This document shows positions 20,449 to 29,951 of a stretch of DNA of 64,000 bases, one piece after another. Below the pieces are notes generated by a model. It was not told where the DNA came from. It searched no databases and worked only from the letters and a program-made list of their open reading frames with translations. The first letter of the stretch is position 1, and each line of letters starts with the position of its first letter. This stretch comes from Candidatus Thorarchaeota archaeon. Lineage in GTDB: Archaea; Asgardarchaeota; Thorarchaeia; Thorarchaeales; Thorarchaeaceae. The stretch is taken from positions 123,538 to 187,537 of the forward strand of contig RDOC01000002.1 in assembly GCA_011364985.1 (NCBI GenBank), written 5' to 3'. The position numbers were made by a program, and so were the translations under genes.

Positions 20449-21804
20449 TTGGGATTAGAAATCTCTGGTTATAGCGGACTTGTTCTCGAAAAACTTGTAT
20501 CAATAAATGCGAAAATCGGTGACCTCGTCATAATCAGGTATAATGGCAGTGAATATAGTGGGATTTTGATGCCACGTGCACAAATTGGTAGCGATTCAAA
20601 TCATATCGTGATTAAGCTTTCAAGCGGCTACAATATTGGAATCAAACTATCATCCAGCTCAGAAGTTGCACTATTAAAACGTGGAAAACGGAAGAAGAAA
20701 ACCGTTGCAGATAAACCTCCAGAAATCAATTCCAACCTCCCGAATGTATCAATTCTGAGCACTGGTGGGACAATTGCAAGCAAAGTTGACTATCAAACAG
20801 GTGCAGTAAATCCGGCACTGTCAGCCCAAGACTTTTATGATACCGTTCCGGAGCTAAGAGTACATGCCGATGTTAAGGCTAAAGTACTGATGAGTGCACT
20901 CTCAGAAAATATTCACCCTACGGATTGGACAAGAATAGCAAAAGCCGTTGCATCGGAAATACGAAAAGGAACTGATGGCATTGTTATTGCCCATGGTACC
21001 GACACCATGGCATTCACTTCTGCTGCCCTTTCTTTTGCATTACAGAACTTACCAGTTCCAGTTGCGTTAGTAGGCTCACAGAGGTCTTCCGATAGACCAT
21101 CTTCCGATTCTGCCATGAATCTTATCCGAGCCACAGACTTGGTGGGAAGAATAGATGCAGCTGAAGTTATGGTTGTTATGCATGGAGAAACGGATGATAG
21201 CTTCGCCTATGCGCATCGTGGAACGCGAGTAAGAAAGAGTCACACCAGTAGAAGGGACGCTTTCCAATCACCAAACTTCTATCCACTCTTTAAAATCACT
21301 TCTTCAAACTTTGAGGAAATCTCTCTACCATTATTGCGTCGTGACTCGAAAAGAAAGTTAAAGATGAAGGCATCATTTGAAGATAGAGTAGGCATGATAC
21401 GAACGCACCCAGGAATCAAAGCATCATTAATCGAATCGCTAATCGAATCTGATTACAAGGGCATAGTAATCGAGGGAAGTGGACTTGGACATGTTCCTCA
21501 AGTTCTTCAAAGTGCCATAAAGCGAGCAATCGATTCCGAAATTATTGTCGCAATGACCAGCCAGTGTATTTCTGGGCGGGTGGACATGAATGTCTACCGA
21601 ACAGGTGTTGAGCTACTTGAGATGGGTGTATTGCCATGTGAAGATATGCTAACTGAAACTGCACTTGTCAAACTCATGTGGGCTCTTGCCAATTTTAAGA
21701 ATATTCAGGACGTGCGAACAATGATGCTGACACCTCTCGTGGGAGAGATATCTATGCGTAGTGAAATGGCTCAGTATACTCGAATTGGACGTGAGAAAGA
21801 ATGA
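20449..21804 (+). CDS. gatD: Glu-tRNA(Gln) amidotransferase subunit D
   Basis: Asparaginase-like core (STGGTIAS, HGTDTM) with the archaeal N-terminal extension. It overlaps gatE by 4 nt. Confidence 0.9.
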   Translation: MGLEISGYSGLVLEKLVSINAKIGDLVIIRYNGSEYSGILMPRAQIGSDSNHIVIKLSSGYNIGIKLSSSSEVALLKRGKRKKKTVADKPPEINSNLPNVSILSTGGTIASKVDYQTGAVNPALSAQDFYDTVPELRVHADVKAKVLMSALSENIHPTDWTRIAKAVASEIRKGTDGIVIAHGTDTMAFTSAALSFALQNLPVPVALVGSQRSSDRPSSDSAMNLIRATDLVGRIDAAEVMVVMHGETDDSFAYAHRGTRVRKSHTSRRDAFQSPNFYPLFKITSSNFEEISLPLLRRDSKRKLKMKASFEDRVGMIRTHPGIKASLIESLIESDYKGIVIEGSGLGHVPQVLQSAIKRAIDSEIIVAMTSQCISGRVDMNVYRTGVELLEMGVLPCEDMLTETALVKLMWALANFKNIQDVRTMMLTPLVGEISMRSEMAQYTRIGREKE

Positions 21805-23723
21805 GTGACGATACAAGATACAAGAAACTTGGCCTGAGAGTTGGTCTTGAGCTACACCAACAACTTGATACTTCAAGGAAACTCTATTGTCACTGTCCAA
21901 CAACAATTCGAGATGATGACCCTCATGGTGGCTTTGTAAGAAGACTGAGACCAACGCAGAGCGAGATGGGTGAAATTGATCCGGCAGCCCTATTCGAATT
22001 TCAACAAAAGAAACAATTCTATTACGAGTATTACAATGATACGACGTGTCTTGTCGAGGCAGACGAAGAACCTCCACATGAATTATGCGATGAAGCCATC
22101 GACATTTGTCTTATCATGGCAGATTTTCTGAAATCAAGGCCTGTCGATGAAATCCATCCTATGAGGAAGATTGTAATTGACGGAAGCAATACCACAGGTT
22201 TCCAACGGACTTGCATTGTGGCCACAGGCGGAAGTCTTCAATTTGGCGAGAAATCAATCGGAATTCAGACAATTTGCCTTGAGGAAGATGCAGCTAGGAA
22301 AATCGCTGAAAAGGACAATATGCGTGTGTACAGACTTGACCGGCTCGGTATTCCGCTTATTGAAATAGCTACTGCACCAGATATACACACACCCTCCGAG
22401 ACACAAGAAGTGGCTCTGAAAATCGGGCTTCTATTAAGATCGACAGGAAAAGTCAAACGCGGACTGGGCACAATTCGTCAAGATGTTAATGTATCTATTA
22501 GTGGGGGAGCAATTACTGAAATTAAGGGATTTCAACAGCTGGATATGCTATCTAATCTTGTTGAAATGGAAGCGCTTCGGCAAGAACGACTATTGGAGAT
22601 ACATCAACAACTTGTAGAACGAGGAATATCTCCCAATGACATCGAAGGGAAGATTCACGATGTGAGTGATGCATTCTCAGGCACCGAGGCGAGAATAATC
22701 AGAAAGGCACTAAATTCAGGTGGGGTTGTTCTGGCAGTCAATCTCCAAGGGTTTCATGGACTTCTGGGAAAAGAAATTCAGCCTAGCAGGAGACTTGGAA
22801 CAGAGCTATCAGATTATGCGAAATTCTGGGGACAAGTAGGAGGGATCTTTCATACTGATGAACTCCCCAAATATGGAATATCAAACGAAGATGTATCTAT
22901 GCTGCGTACAAAAGCGAATGCAGAAGACCTTGATGCCGTGGTCATGGTGGCAGCTCCAAAGGCTAATGCAGTTTCTGCATTGAATGCAGTAGTCGATAGG
23001 GCACGACAAGCTACAATTGGAATACCAACAGAAACGAGAACTCCGCTGCCTGATGCGACCACTATGTATGCTCGTCCTCGCCCTGGTGCCCAAAGAATGT
23101 ATCCAGAAACAGATGTCAGACCTGTACAGATTTCACAGCAGCATTTGAAGAAAATTACGAGATCTATACCTGAAACCCTTGAAAAGAAAGGGAAACGATT
23201 CATCACTGAAATTGGTCTCAGTGAAGAGCTGGCTTCCCAGATGGTTAAGTCTACCAACTTGGAGCTCTTTGAGAGAATAATTGCAGATTCAGATGTCTCA
23301 CCCACACTTGTTGCAGCTACTCTTGAGAACACCCTAGTAAGTCTACATAGGGTTGGTGTTCCCATAGAACAACTGCAAGATTCGCACATATTGTCCCTTT
23401 TCGAATATGTATCAAAAGATAAGATTTCAGCGGAAGCCATTCCACGTATTCTAACTCACTTGTCAATCAATCCAAGAAGCAATATTGAGGATGCTTTGAG
23501 TGCTACGAATCTTGAAATGATAACGGAAGATGAACTCAAGCAAATCATTCGAAACATTGTTGCGAGTCGAACTGACTTTGTCTGGGAGCGAAAAGAAACC
23601 GCTGTGGGGGGTCTCATGGGCCTGGCCATGAAAGAACTCAGAGGAAAAGCCGATGGAAAGACTGTCAGACGTCTTATCATCCAAGAAATCAAAAGAATTC
23701 TTGCAGAAAAACGACAGTCTTGA
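21801..23723 (+). CDS. gatE: Glu-tRNA(Gln) amidotransferase subunit E
   Basis: 640 aa with GLRVGLELHQQL and LEEDAARK GatB/E-type motifs, an archaeal insertion and a C-terminal YqeY-like tail. Confidence 0.9.
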   Translation: MSDDTRYKKLGLRVGLELHQQLDTSRKLYCHCPTTIRDDDPHGGFVRRLRPTQSEMGEIDPAALFEFQQKKQFYYEYYNDTTCLVEADEEPPHELCDEAIDICLIMADFLKSRPVDEIHPMRKIVIDGSNTTGFQRTCIVATGGSLQFGEKSIGIQTICLEEDAARKIAEKDNMRVYRLDRLGIPLIEIATAPDIHTPSETQEVALKIGLLLRSTGKVKRGLGTIRQDVNVSISGGAITEIKGFQQLDMLSNLVEMEALRQERLLEIHQQLVERGISPNDIEGKIHDVSDAFSGTEARIIRKALNSGGVVLAVNLQGFHGLLGKEIQPSRRLGTELSDYAKFWGQVGGIFHTDELPKYGISNEDVSMLRTKANAEDLDAVVMVAAPKANAVSALNAVVDRARQATIGIPTETRTPLPDATTMYARPRPGAQRMYPETDVRPVQISQQHLKKITRSIPETLEKKGKRFITEIGLSEELASQMVKSTNLELFERIIADSDVSPTLVAATLENTLVSLHRVGVPIEQLQDSHILSLFEYVSKDKISAEAIPRILTHLSINPRSNIEDALSATNLEMITEDELKQIIRNIVASRTDFVWERKETAVGGLMGLAMKELRGKADGKTVRRLIIQEIKRILAEKRQS

Positions 23724-23809
23724 AATGATAAGAATAACTTTAATAGTAGAGCCCAGAGTGCTGCTCGAACAGACCAAAGGATTCAATGAGATTCTTTTGT
23801 CTGATACGA

Positions 23810-23978
23810 GCCGCAGTGGCCTAGCCTGGCAGGGCGCGAGACTCATAATCTGACTGGAGTTCCCGGTCAAAAATACGGGGTCAGTTCTCAGCCCAAGCTT
23901 TGTTGAGGCATCTCGAAGTCGTGGGCTCGAAACTCCGTTACGTTACGTGATGGGGCGAACATCCCACCTGCGGCACCA
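23810..23978 (+). tRNA. tRNA-Met or Ile2 (CAT) with two introns (37/38 and T-loop); CCA encoded
   Basis: Acceptor GCCGCAG/CTGCGGC. Anticodon stem CGAGA...TCTCG with loop CTCATA|A split by about 62 nt. T stem GTGGG...CCCAC enclosing about 37 nt instead of 7. Confidence 0.75.
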
Positions 23979-24124
23979 CTCCTTACTCCTTTTTTCCTAA
24001 GTTCTGTTGTATCTAAAATCAAGATTCTTCTCTTCTAATCTAGAAAGCTGGGAAGCAATACTCAAAGTTGTTACAGCTAGAAGTTTCATTACGGGATTAT
24101 TAGGAAAAATACAGACAAAGAACC

Positions 24125-24388
24125 ATGACAGCTGAGAAATGGAAGATACTAGGAGGGAGGGTCTTCAAGCTAGTTGATATTTTCGAAGACCCAATCGAAG
24201 CAATTGAGCTAGCAAAAGAGATCAAACAAGAAAAACAAGTGTTCCTTCACCGTACTGACAATGGTGTCTGGGCTGTCTATTGGAGAAACAAGGAAGAAAT
24301 TCCTAGGTGTCCTTCTAAGCTCTATAGCGTAGCACAAGAGAATTCAAGTAGGAGTATAATAGATACATCATCAAACCAAGACATATGA
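24125..24388 (+). CDS. hypothetical protein (87 aa)
   Basis: ATG-started ORF whose stop overlaps the next start (ATGA). No motif recognised. Confidence 0.4.
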   Translation: MTAEKWKILGGRVFKLVDIFEDPIEAIELAKEIKQEKQVFLHRTDNGVWAVYWRNKEEIPRCPSKLYSVAQENSSRSIIDTSSNQDI

Positions 24389-24696
24389 CAATAGACTCGA
24401 ATCTCACAGTACTCAATCTTGACGAAAGACGAATTGCAATCGAGTCATTTGGAAAAATGATCACAGAGGGTTTGACTTCTCACTTCGAGAGTCTATTGAG
24501 AAAATATAGTATGTTTGGCACTATTGACATAACAGAATGGACAATTCCCGCAATCCGCACCCTGCTTCTAGTATGCAGAGGTAAGGAACAAACAATTCAC
24601 CTGAAATACAAGGATCGATATATAGCAACAGCAAATTATCCCAGAGGAAATATCTCCAATCAGTTTGTTGAAATGATAATGGGTGGAAATCACTGA
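24385..24696 (+). CDS. hypothetical protein (103 aa)
   Basis: Translationally coupled to the upstream 87-aa ORF. No motif recognised. Confidence 0.4.
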   Translation: MTIDSNLTVLNLDERRIAIESFGKMITEGLTSHFESLLRKYSMFGTIDITEWTIPAIRTLLLVCRGKEQTIHLKYKDRYIATANYPRGNISNQFVEMIMGGNH

Positions 24697-24775
24697 AAAA
24701 GGCATCCTCTGATACATGGCAAGATAACAAGTTCTTTATCCAAGATATTCTCCTGCACTGCACAGGTGAGATAGC

Positions 24776-25981
24776 TTGTCTCTGCCATTCAAAACTATCG
24801 ATGATGTAGAAATCGCTGGAAAACGGATACTGCTTCGTGTTGATATGAATTGCTCAGTTGACCCCGAAACCAAGATAATACTTGACGATTCAAGAATAGT
24901 TGCTCTTCTACCTACCCTTAGAGAGCTATCATCCGCTAAAGTCGTGTTGATGGCTCATCAAGGCCGCCCTGGGAGTGATGACTTCATTTCCCTACAGCAA
25001 CATACACAGATCTTGAAGAACTATGGGATAAATGCCTCCTTTGTTGATGACATCTTCGGAGATAAGGCCAAGAACGCGATTCGAAATGTGCAAGTCGGAG
25101 AGGTACTCGTTCTTCAAAACGTAAGATGTTTCGATGGAGAACTCAAGACAGGCCCTGCAAAAGAGGTTGCTAAGGAATCCATTGTACAAGAGCTTTATCC
25201 ATTATTCGACCTATTCATTAATGATGCATTCGGAGCAGCACACCGGTCTCAACCTTCTTTGGTTGGATTCACAGCTGTTCTCCCCTCGGTAGCAGGCAGA
25301 CTTGTCGAAAAGGAGATTCGCACACTCACGGATGCTACAGCCACGGATCGGCATCCTTGGACATTGGTTCTTGGCGGCAGCAAGATAGAAGACAAGATTA
25401 AAACACTGGAGAAACTTCTTGCAGTAGGTCGAATAGACAATGCCCTGCTAGGCGGCTTAGTGGGTACGCTGTTTCTCATAACCAAAGGCAAGATTTCTGA
25501 GAGCTATTCTGCTTCCATAAAGGGTTTTGACGATATAGCGGCAAGGGCAAAGAAAATCTTAGGATCATATTCTGATATTATTCAACTTCCCATAGATGCT
25601 GCAGTTGAAAAAAAGGGTCAAAGAATTGAATGCGATTTCGACAAAATGAATGACGCTCCGTTCTTTGACATTGGCCCAAAGACTGTTGCGAGCTTTGCCG
25701 ACACAATCACCAAGTCAGCTGTTGTGTTTGCAAATGGTCCGATGGGCTTCTTTGAAAAAGAAGCTTTCGCGATTGGAACGTCAGAAATTCTTGATGCAAT
25801 TGCTGCGTGTCAAGGAATCACTGTTGTTGGTGGCGGTCATATGGGTGCCATGGCCAAAGCAAAGAAGATAGAAGACAAAATCACTCACATCAGCACCGGG
25901 GGCGGAGCAACTATCAACTTTCTCACAGGCAAGAAGCTCGATCTTATCGTTGCTCTTGAAGAAGCAGCAAGACGGATGTGA
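24776..25981 (+). CDS. pgk: phosphoglycerate kinase
   Basis: RVDMN, MAHQGRPG and GGGHM/STGGGA motifs. 401 aa with a TTG start. Confidence 0.9.
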   Translation: MSLPFKTIDDVEIAGKRILLRVDMNCSVDPETKIILDDSRIVALLPTLRELSSAKVVLMAHQGRPGSDDFISLQQHTQILKNYGINASFVDDIFGDKAKNAIRNVQVGEVLVLQNVRCFDGELKTGPAKEVAKESIVQELYPLFDLFINDAFGAAHRSQPSLVGFTAVLPSVAGRLVEKEIRTLTDATATDRHPWTLVLGGSKIEDKIKTLEKLLAVGRIDNALLGGLVGTLFLITKGKISESYSASIKGFDDIAARAKKILGSYSDIIQLPIDAAVEKKGQRIECDFDKMNDAPFFDIGPKTVASFADTITKSAVVFANGPMGFFEKEAFAIGTSEILDAIAACQGITVVGGGHMGAMAKAKKIEDKITHISTGGGATINFLTGKKLDLIVALEEAARRM

Positions 25982-26260
25982 ACGAATGAATGCGATTGCC
26001 TATTGAACCTGTCCTAGTTGTTGTTCTATCCTATATTTAATACTGAATGTAATTTCTCTCATGGCAATGTGGTAGGACAAAAGAAGAGCAAAGAGAGATG
26101 AGTGGTGTGTTGCTGAGGCAACTCAGCTCTTTTTCATTCTTGTTGGTGAAGACCTTGGACTTGTTCTTGCAATGTACAAGTTCAGACACAAGACCCAGAA
26201 GCGGACCTAAAGCCCAATACAAACTGATTAGTGCTTTGGCATCGAATGGATGATAGAGAA

Positions 26261-26416
26261 ATGGAGCCCCAGGCGAGATTTGAACTCGCGATCTCCTGAT
26301 TTCTTAGTCGGCAGAAGCACTTACGACATACAAGTCAGGCGCAGTGTCGACCTGCAATATTTGTCATCCCAAACACAGGGGCAGAATATCACAGTAGGCC
26401 GCTTTGCTACTGGGGC
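26261..26416 (-). tRNA. tRNA-Thr(TGT) with two introns (D-loop and 37/38); CCA encoded
   Basis: Minus strand. Acceptor GCCCCAG/CTGGGGC. GCGCCTGA-CTTGTA[about 28 nt]A-TCAGG-AGATC-GCGAG-TTCAAAT-CTCGC matches the usual tRNA-Thr body. About 50 extra nt lie in the D region. Confidence 0.65.
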
Positions 26417-26494
26417 ATTATTCACTGCCCATTCTTCAACTCATTATAGAGTTTTCGCAGTATGACAGAACTCATGACAACCAGTTCTATTTAC

Positions 26495-26818
26495 TCAACG
26501 AACTACTTGGGATAGGAGAGCTAGTTCAATCTCAATATCATACCAGCTATAGATGTCTGTAATGAAATGTGAACCATACTTACCATATGTAAAGTATCCC
26601 TCAATTAAACATCCATTTTCAAGAGATACAATCGCCTGTACCCAGTATTCTATCTCCACACCTCCATAAACATCTACAATTTGAAAATGGCTATCAAATA
26701 GCTTTGCATATTGATCATTCCCTAAGCAGATAACATCAATCAGAGGGTCTTGATATAACTCGTCTAAGAATGACCATCCACCAATTGGCAGCAACCCAGT
26801 AGAAATGAGAAGATTCAA
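26495..26818 (-). CDS. hypothetical protein, possibly the continuation of the upstream ORF
   Basis: 107 aa with a TTG start directly after, and in frame with, the stop of 26819..27223. Confidence 0.35.
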   Translation of the reverse strand: MNLLISTGLLPIGGWSFLDELYQDPLIDVICLGNDQYAKLFDSHFQIVDVYGGVEIEYWVQAIVSLENGCLIEGYFTYGKYGSHFITDIYSWYDIEIELALLSQVVR

Positions 26819-27223
26819 TCATCTCTTACTTTCTATTGAAATCTCGGTACCAATCACAAAACCACAGTCCACCTTGTCGGTACGAACGAATTCTCCAAAG
26901 GAACTCCTGTTTATTTCCTCTGGAACTCTTGGCAAATTGAGAATACGAGCTACAATTACTGAGTTGTTTATGGCTGCAATTAACAGTGGACTTTCGTAGT
27001 AAATCAGTGTTTCATTGACGGAGTCATACTCATAGATGATATCAACTCTACGGATAATTACCGAATAGGCAAATTTGTCGTTGATAGATACTGCCCATTG
27101 AAAGTCAAATCTCTGATTCAGTCTGGGCTGGACAAAAAAGAACACATCTACTGAAGCTACGAGTAGCAACCCAATGACGAATATGCTTCTGACCACTGAT
27201 GAACGTTTCATCACTTTATCCAA
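26819..27223 (-). CDS. hypothetical exported protein, N-terminal part (signal/TM anchor)
   Basis: 134 aa with a hydrophobic N-terminus (SIFVIGLLLVASVDVFFFV). Its stop codon is followed in-frame by the next ORF. Confidence 0.45.
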   Translation of the reverse strand: MDKVMKRSSVVRSIFVIGLLLVASVDVFFFVQPRLNQRFDFQWAVSINDKFAYSVIIRRVDIIYEYDSVNETLIYYESPLLIAAINNSVIVARILNLPRVPEEINRSSFGEFVRTDKVDCGFVIGTEISIESKR

Positions 27224-27354
27224 TAATACATAAATGTCATTTCTACCTATCTAACCTTAGTACAGTCGATTATCTCTAACTTCCCATTGACCCACCTTTG
27301 GGAATTCGCTTGTAATATCGCTTCAAGAAAACTGATGTGTAACATCTTGGAGCA

Positions 27355-27927
27355 TCATTTGTCGTGGTAGATATTATCAATAATAATTGCATAGGCCAAA
27401 AGCATCAGTCTGTCAACGTCCGTGTCTTCTATATGTATGGCATAACGGTCCTTGAAATTAAAACTAAGCGCAAACACGTCACGCCACCTATCTGCCTTTT
27501 TTATCACAGCATACTTCTTTTTCCTATCAACAGCATCAATTATCTCGAAGTTCCATTTTGTCACTCCACCTTGTGCCTTGTATACATGAACATCATTATG
27601 ATCATAGAAGTCAACAGAGTCTCTGAGGGCGACTAGCGGTCTCTTAGCTCTACCAATCAGCTCATCATTTGGATTCTTGACGTCATAAATTGGACGGGCG
27701 CTAATCAATTTCTTATTGATTGTACAGAGGAGAGTTTCATCTGGGTCATACAACTGAATCTCAGCTCGCATTGAAAGGAGTCTTCTTTTCATGGAGCCAA
27801 CTTTGTTACAGTGTTGGTCGTAGATTTCTCCACCACCAAACTTCCAAGTTTTTTCGTGCAACACATAAAAACTAATTGTCGGATCGAGCAGACTCATTGA
27901 ATTCATTTTCTGTTGTCCATTATTCAT
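27355..27927 (-). CDS. LURP-one-related / tubby C-terminal-like (DUF567) protein
   Basis: 190 aa. It shows the repeated beta-hairpin pattern typical of this family (F.v.D..g..l..i.rk...) and a hydrophobic C-terminal helix. Confidence 0.55.
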   Translation of the reverse strand: MNNGQQKMNSMSLLDPTISFYVLHEKTWKFGGGEIYDQHCNKVGSMKRRLLSMRAEIQLYDPDETLLCTINKKLISARPIYDVKNPNDELIGRAKRPLVALRDSVDFYDHNDVHVYKAQGGVTKWNFEIIDAVDRKKKYAVIKKADRWRDVFALSFNFKDRYAIHIEDTDVDRLMLLAYAIIIDNIYHDK

Positions 27928-28203
27928 GCTGTCATTTAAGCTAATGTCAGTTAGACTGACAACTGTTTAGGAATGTAAAATATAGCCAAAAATAGGAAAC
28001 TTGTCACTTTAATGAACACTGTTTCTTATCTATCACGAACATGTTTATCAGGTCAGATTCCACAACAATTCTTGGCCAGTAGAGCCACATCTTGTGAAGC
28101 CTAGTGACACGTACGTGATACAAACCAAAAAAGCCTCACAAGAAAGCTAAAATACAGCACACGTGATGCGAACATTAGCCGACATGCTATAAGGTGATAC
28201 CAG

Positions 28204-29184
28204 TTGCAATTCGCCCAACCTGAATATATGGATACATTCTTCCAATACATATTCGGTTTCTTCGACCGTTTATTCTCAACTCCTCTACAGCCCTGGATAC
28301 CTTGGGGGCCTGGAGACTGGTACTTTACAATTTCGACAATATTCTTTGTCGTAGTTATTCTATTCCTAGTTCGCAAGGTTCGAATGGGTGGAACTGGTTC
28401 CATGAGTGCGGGCGTCAGGAGGATAATCGCATCTACTGGTGATGTTTCAACGGGTATGTCTGGTGTGAAGAAAGTCAAGTTCCTTCAGACACCGGGCGAT
28501 GCAATGGTTTTCCTAAAAATAGAGGAGAACGCCATTCAACAGGCTCTTTCTGCAATAAATTACTACGCAGACCAAGGCGAGATAAATGAGAGTGTCAAAC
28601 TCAAACTCGAAACTCTCTATCAACAGAGACTTGAATCTGTACGCCGATCAATAGCTGCAGATGAGCAGTTAAAGGAAGCCTTTGAAACTTCTACTGCAGC
28701 TGACAGCGCTCGAGAAGCATACCTCCGAAAGCTTGCAGCAATGACAGGAACTACAGTTGAGGACGAAAGTGAAGTTGGTCCTCCTAGCGTAGGGCCACCT
28801 AGCGTAACAGAAACTATCCCGGCGACACGTCCTGCAGTTGAAGATGCCCCAGCGGGTGGTCCTCCGGGTGGGGCTATTCCTTCAGCCGGTCCTCCGGGCG
28901 GCGAAGCGCCTACAGGTGGTCCCCCAGGTGGCGGCGCTCCAATAGGTGGTCCTCCAGCGGGTGGTCCTCCAAGCGGCGGTGCTCCAATAGGTGGTCCTCC
29001 GGGCGGCGAAGCGCCTACAGGTGGTCCCCCAGGTGGCGGCGCTCCAATAGGTGGTCCTCCGGGCGGCGAAGCGCCTACAGGTGGTGTTCTTGAGGGGGTT
29101 CCAACAGCAGTAGGCGGAAAGAGCACACTGCAATCAGAGATGCTCAGAGAGATGGAACGGCTCAAAGAGCTCATGGGTGGATAG
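28204..29184 (+). CDS. membrane-anchored coiled-coil protein with Pro/Gly-rich repeats
   Basis: One TM helix (WYFTISTIFFVVVILFLV), a coiled-coil middle, then GGPPGGEAPTGGPPGGGAPIGGPP repeats. Confidence 0.6.
   Translation: MQFAQPEYMDTFFQYIFGFFDRLFSTPLQPWIPWGPGDWYFTISTIFFVVVILFLVRKVRMGGTGSMSAGVRRIIASTGDVSTGMSGVKKVKFLQTPGDAMVFLKIEENAIQQALSAINYYADQGEINESVKLKLETLYQQRLESVRRSIAADEQLKEAFETSTAADSAREAYLRKLAAMTGTTVEDESEVGPPSVGPPSVTETIPATRPAVEDAPAGGPPGGAIPSAGPPGGEAPTGGPPGGGAPIGGPPAGGPPSGGAPIGGPPGGEAPTGGPPGGGAPIGGPPGGEAPTGGVLEGVPTAVGGKSTLQSEMLREMERLKELMGG
28855..29085 (+). repeat. GC-rich coding tandem repeat (60-nt unit about 2.5x plus a 45-nt variant)
   Basis: The unit ggtcctccgggcggcgaagcgcctacaggtggtcccccaggtggcggcgctccaata recurs at about 28888, 28993 and 29053. 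Confidence 0.75.
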
Positions 29185-29267
29185 GTAGTACCTCAGATGC
29201 ATCTAGACAACTTGGAAGCCTTTTTTTGGAGGCATAATGACCATACCACATCATATGGGGTTTCCTG

Positions 29268-29951
29268 ATGTCAACAGTCAAGCTAAACGCCGCAAAAAGC
29301 GCTGCAAAATTGGTCCCCACAACAGGTGCTCTTGGTCTGGGGAGCGGATCCACTGTCACATTCTTTGCTAAAGAGCTAGGAAAAATAGTTTCAACAAGAA
29401 ACGCGGACATTCGAGTCGTACCCAGCTCCTATCAAGCATACCAGCTTGCTATCGAACATAGGATACCGCTGACTAATCTTGACATAGATCCAATTCTTGA
29501 GCTGACAGTAGATGGCGCCGACGAAGTGGACAAGGACCTGAACCTTACAAAGGGTGGCGGTGGAGCACTACTTCAAGAGAAGGTTGTCGCATCTGCTTCG
29601 AAAAAGGTAGTAATCATTGTGGATGAGTCAAAGCTGGTTGATAGGCTTGCGACTCGTTTTGAAATACCAGTAGAGGTACTTCCTTTCTCTCTCGGAGTAG
29701 TAAAACGAAAAATAGCTGAAATGGGGATATTGCCCAAAATACGAGAGGCTCAAAAGAAGATGGGCCCCGTTGTCACAGATAATGGAAACTTCATCCTAGA
29801 CCTTAAGTTTCCAGAACCTATCACTAATCCTGCAAAGGTTGCTATTGACTTAAAGATGATACCAGGCGTTGTTGAAACCGGTCTATTCATAGGAATGACC
29901 GATGAGGTACACGTAGGAACTGAGAAAGGTTCTTACATACTCAAGAAGTAA
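29268..29951 (+). CDS. rpiA: ribose-5-phosphate isomerase A
   Basis: LGLGSGST, DGADE and KGGGGAL motifs. Confidence 0.9.
   Translation: MSTVKLNAAKSAAKLVPTTGALGLGSGSTVTFFAKELGKIVSTRNADIRVVPSSYQAYQLAIEHRIPLTNLDIDPILELTVDGADEVDKDLNLTKGGGGALLQEKVVASASKKVVIIVDESKLVDRLATRFEIPVEVLPFSLGVVKRKIAEMGILPKIREAQKKMGPVVTDNGNFILDLKFPEPITNPAKVAIDLKMIPGVVETGLFIGMTDEVHVGTEKGSYILKK

Noticed and set aside
22850-23440. Long antisense ORFs inside well-supported genes. Examples are the 196 aa opposite gatE, 184 aa at 28620..29174 opposite the Pro/Gly-repeat gene, 122 aa at 3680..4048 opposite hypF and 145 aa at 62195..62632 opposite the 585-aa gene.
   Set aside because: The sense-strand genes have strong motif support. 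The antisense translations are low-complexity or compositionally odd (Ser/Cys/Arg-rich), as expected for shadow ORFs.
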